NCBI RefSeq assembly: GCF_036321535.1
Contig: NC_087438.1
Location: 186,001 to 250,000 of the forward strand
Length of the DNA stretch: 64,000 nt
Reading direction: 5' to 3'
From: Camelus dromedarius
Lineage: Eukaryota
The position numbers and the translations under genes were made by a program. This document shows, piece after piece, positions 62,206 through 64,000 of this stretch. Position 1 is the stretch's first letter. The number at the start of each line of letters is the position of its first letter. The notes beneath the pieces are model-generated. The model did not search any database and was not told the origin of the DNA. It saw only the letters and a program-made list of their open reading frames with translations.

Positions 62206-63439
62206 GCTGAGCACCAGAAGCTGTGGCCAGTGGTGCCAGGTCTCAGCAGGAGGGAAAGCCTGGTGGGTCCACATCACCACGAGTTGGTCCCTGTTCACAT
62301 CCAGAGCCCCTGACTCTGGACAGCACTGACCAACAACAATAACCTCTTCTGACCTCAGTGTCCACTTCTTTCTTGGAAACAGTGGATGGAGGGGTGCGCA
62401 GGCGATTAGAGTCCAACCTTTGAATTAAGACCACACTCATTTTCCACCTTCCTGAGGTACTGGCTTGACGTCTGGGGGCCAAAGAGCCTCAGCCACGTGT
62501 CACAGGTGACTGGGAGGGGCATCTCATCCACTCTGGTGAGGTTACTGGCCACCTCCTAAGAAGGTGACTCGTCTGTGAGGTCTTGAATCTTCAGCACCTT
62601 TTCCTCCCTCTAGTTATTATAATGATCCAGTTGAGGAGTGACTGAAACAGAAGCGGGCCGGCCCTGCTGGGGTCCCAGGTGAGAGGGTAATGAGGAAGCA
62701 TGCAGCGGCCTCGTCACTGCCAACACCCAGGGCGTTTCATCGACAATAGCGACAGTCGTGCCCACGGCGGCCAGTCTCTGTAGCCCACGGTAGTGGCCCT
62801 TGTGGCTCAGACCACAATTTCCCAGCATGGACCCAGAGCCCGTAGGGGTCAGCCACTGCATTCAGGGCCCGAGCAGGTGGGAGGACCGGGGGCCAGAGAG
62901 AGGGCTGGCGGCTGGCGGGGCCTTATGGCGTCCTGGATGAGGCAACGGTCAGGCCTGGAGGCGCTGGGAAGGGGGAAGTCTTGTCAGGAGGCACTGGCCA
63001 GGCCCCAGCTCACCTGGTGGCTCCCTCTCACCTCACAGGGGTGCCTCCCTAAGTAACTTTTGTGGTTCCAGTAATACAGGCTGGGAAGTGACCAAACATG
63101 AACGTACAGCTTGATGAGTTCTTCGAGCATGGAGGGTCGAGTCACTTAGAAAAGTGGGTGTCTGAGCCCCAGCTGCCCCCAGGGAGCCGCCCGGCTTGGG
63201 GGAGGGGCTGGCGGCCCTGGGGGCACCTCGTGAGCCGGGTGCCGGGCATCTGGGCCATGTGGGCGTGGCCTCCGGGGAGCGAGTCCTCGTGGCCAAGGCC
63301 CAGCCCTTTCCGAGAGGCTTTCTCTTCACAGGTGTGACTTGCTTGACAGGTGGACGAGATGTTTTCTCAGTGGTTAACACTGGTATGAAGTGTGGCAGCT
63401 CCCTCAGGTAAGCCTAAAGCGACTGTTGCACTGTTGCAG

Positions 63440-63569
63440 ACAGACGTGATGCACCAGAACATCTACGACTACATCCACGTGGACGACCGCCAGGACTTCC
63501 GCCGGCAGCTCCACTGGGCCATGGACCCCCCACCGGCAGCGTGTGGGCAGCCCCTGCTCGCAGAGACAG
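63440..63569 (+). CDS. AHRR: AHRR exon 6, [47 protein letters not shown](G)
   Basis: Acceptor ctgttgcag|AC and donor CAG|GTGGGT; 130 nt. Matches [33 protein letters not shown]. Confidence 0.97.
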
Positions 63570-64000
63570 GTGGGTCTTCCCGGGCCCAGTCCAGCCCAGG
63601 CTCAGACGTTAGTGGGAGCACGTGGGCGTCTCTGCAGGGACCCTTCCTCTTCCCGATGCCGCGTCCACTCCCCTCCTCGAAGACCTCCTCCCGCGTCCCT
63701 CTCCCCGCCTCCAGCCCCACGTGGCTCTCTGGCTGTCTCTGGCCACTTCTCTGTGCTCACCAAGAAGCCACAGTACTTGTCTCCCATCTTCCAGGAAAGT
63801 TGTTTGGCCGACATTAGATTTACCTGGAAAAAGCCCGCAAAGGTTGTTGTCTGTTCAGAGACGTTGTCCCTTGTGAGCAGGACCCCTGCGAAGTCCTGGA
63901 TCTGTGGCCCTTGCCCACTCCACATGCTGGGCAGGCATCCAGGTCCTTGAGGGACAGGGCAGCGTCACCGGGGTCCAGTGCAGGGAAGACAGTCCTGGCC

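Overview
This is a GC-rich, LINE-1-rich mammalian genomic window, not a prokaryotic one. It holds the 5' part of AHRR (aryl hydrocarbon receptor repressor, a bHLH-PAS protein) on the + strand. A CpG-island promoter and probable non-coding first exon (donor GT at 7431) are followed by five coding exons: 16160-16221, 22250-22431, 38970-39076, 57020-57109 and 63440-63569. They splice in frame with GT-AG junctions to give residues 1-190 (basic region/NLS, HLH, PAS-A), and the gene continues past the window end. The rest is intronic or intergenic DNA: old and young L1 fragments, MaLR LTRs, MIR remnants, one tRNA-derived SINE resembling the camelid family (so the source is probably camel/alpaca; inference) and simple repeats. 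Almost all ORFs in the supplied track are spurious. I found no new gene system. The best leads are regulatory or structural: clustered AHR:ARNT response elements (promoter, intron 3, intron 4), an 86-bp unbroken purine-pyrimidine tract carrying bHLH-PAS motifs, an in-frame uORF, a minisatellite built of 5'-splice-site and kB-like motifs, an L1 3' transduction, and an Asn-to-Arg change in the conserved PAS-A 'LNGF' motif. Repeat boundaries and subfamily names are by eye and approximate.
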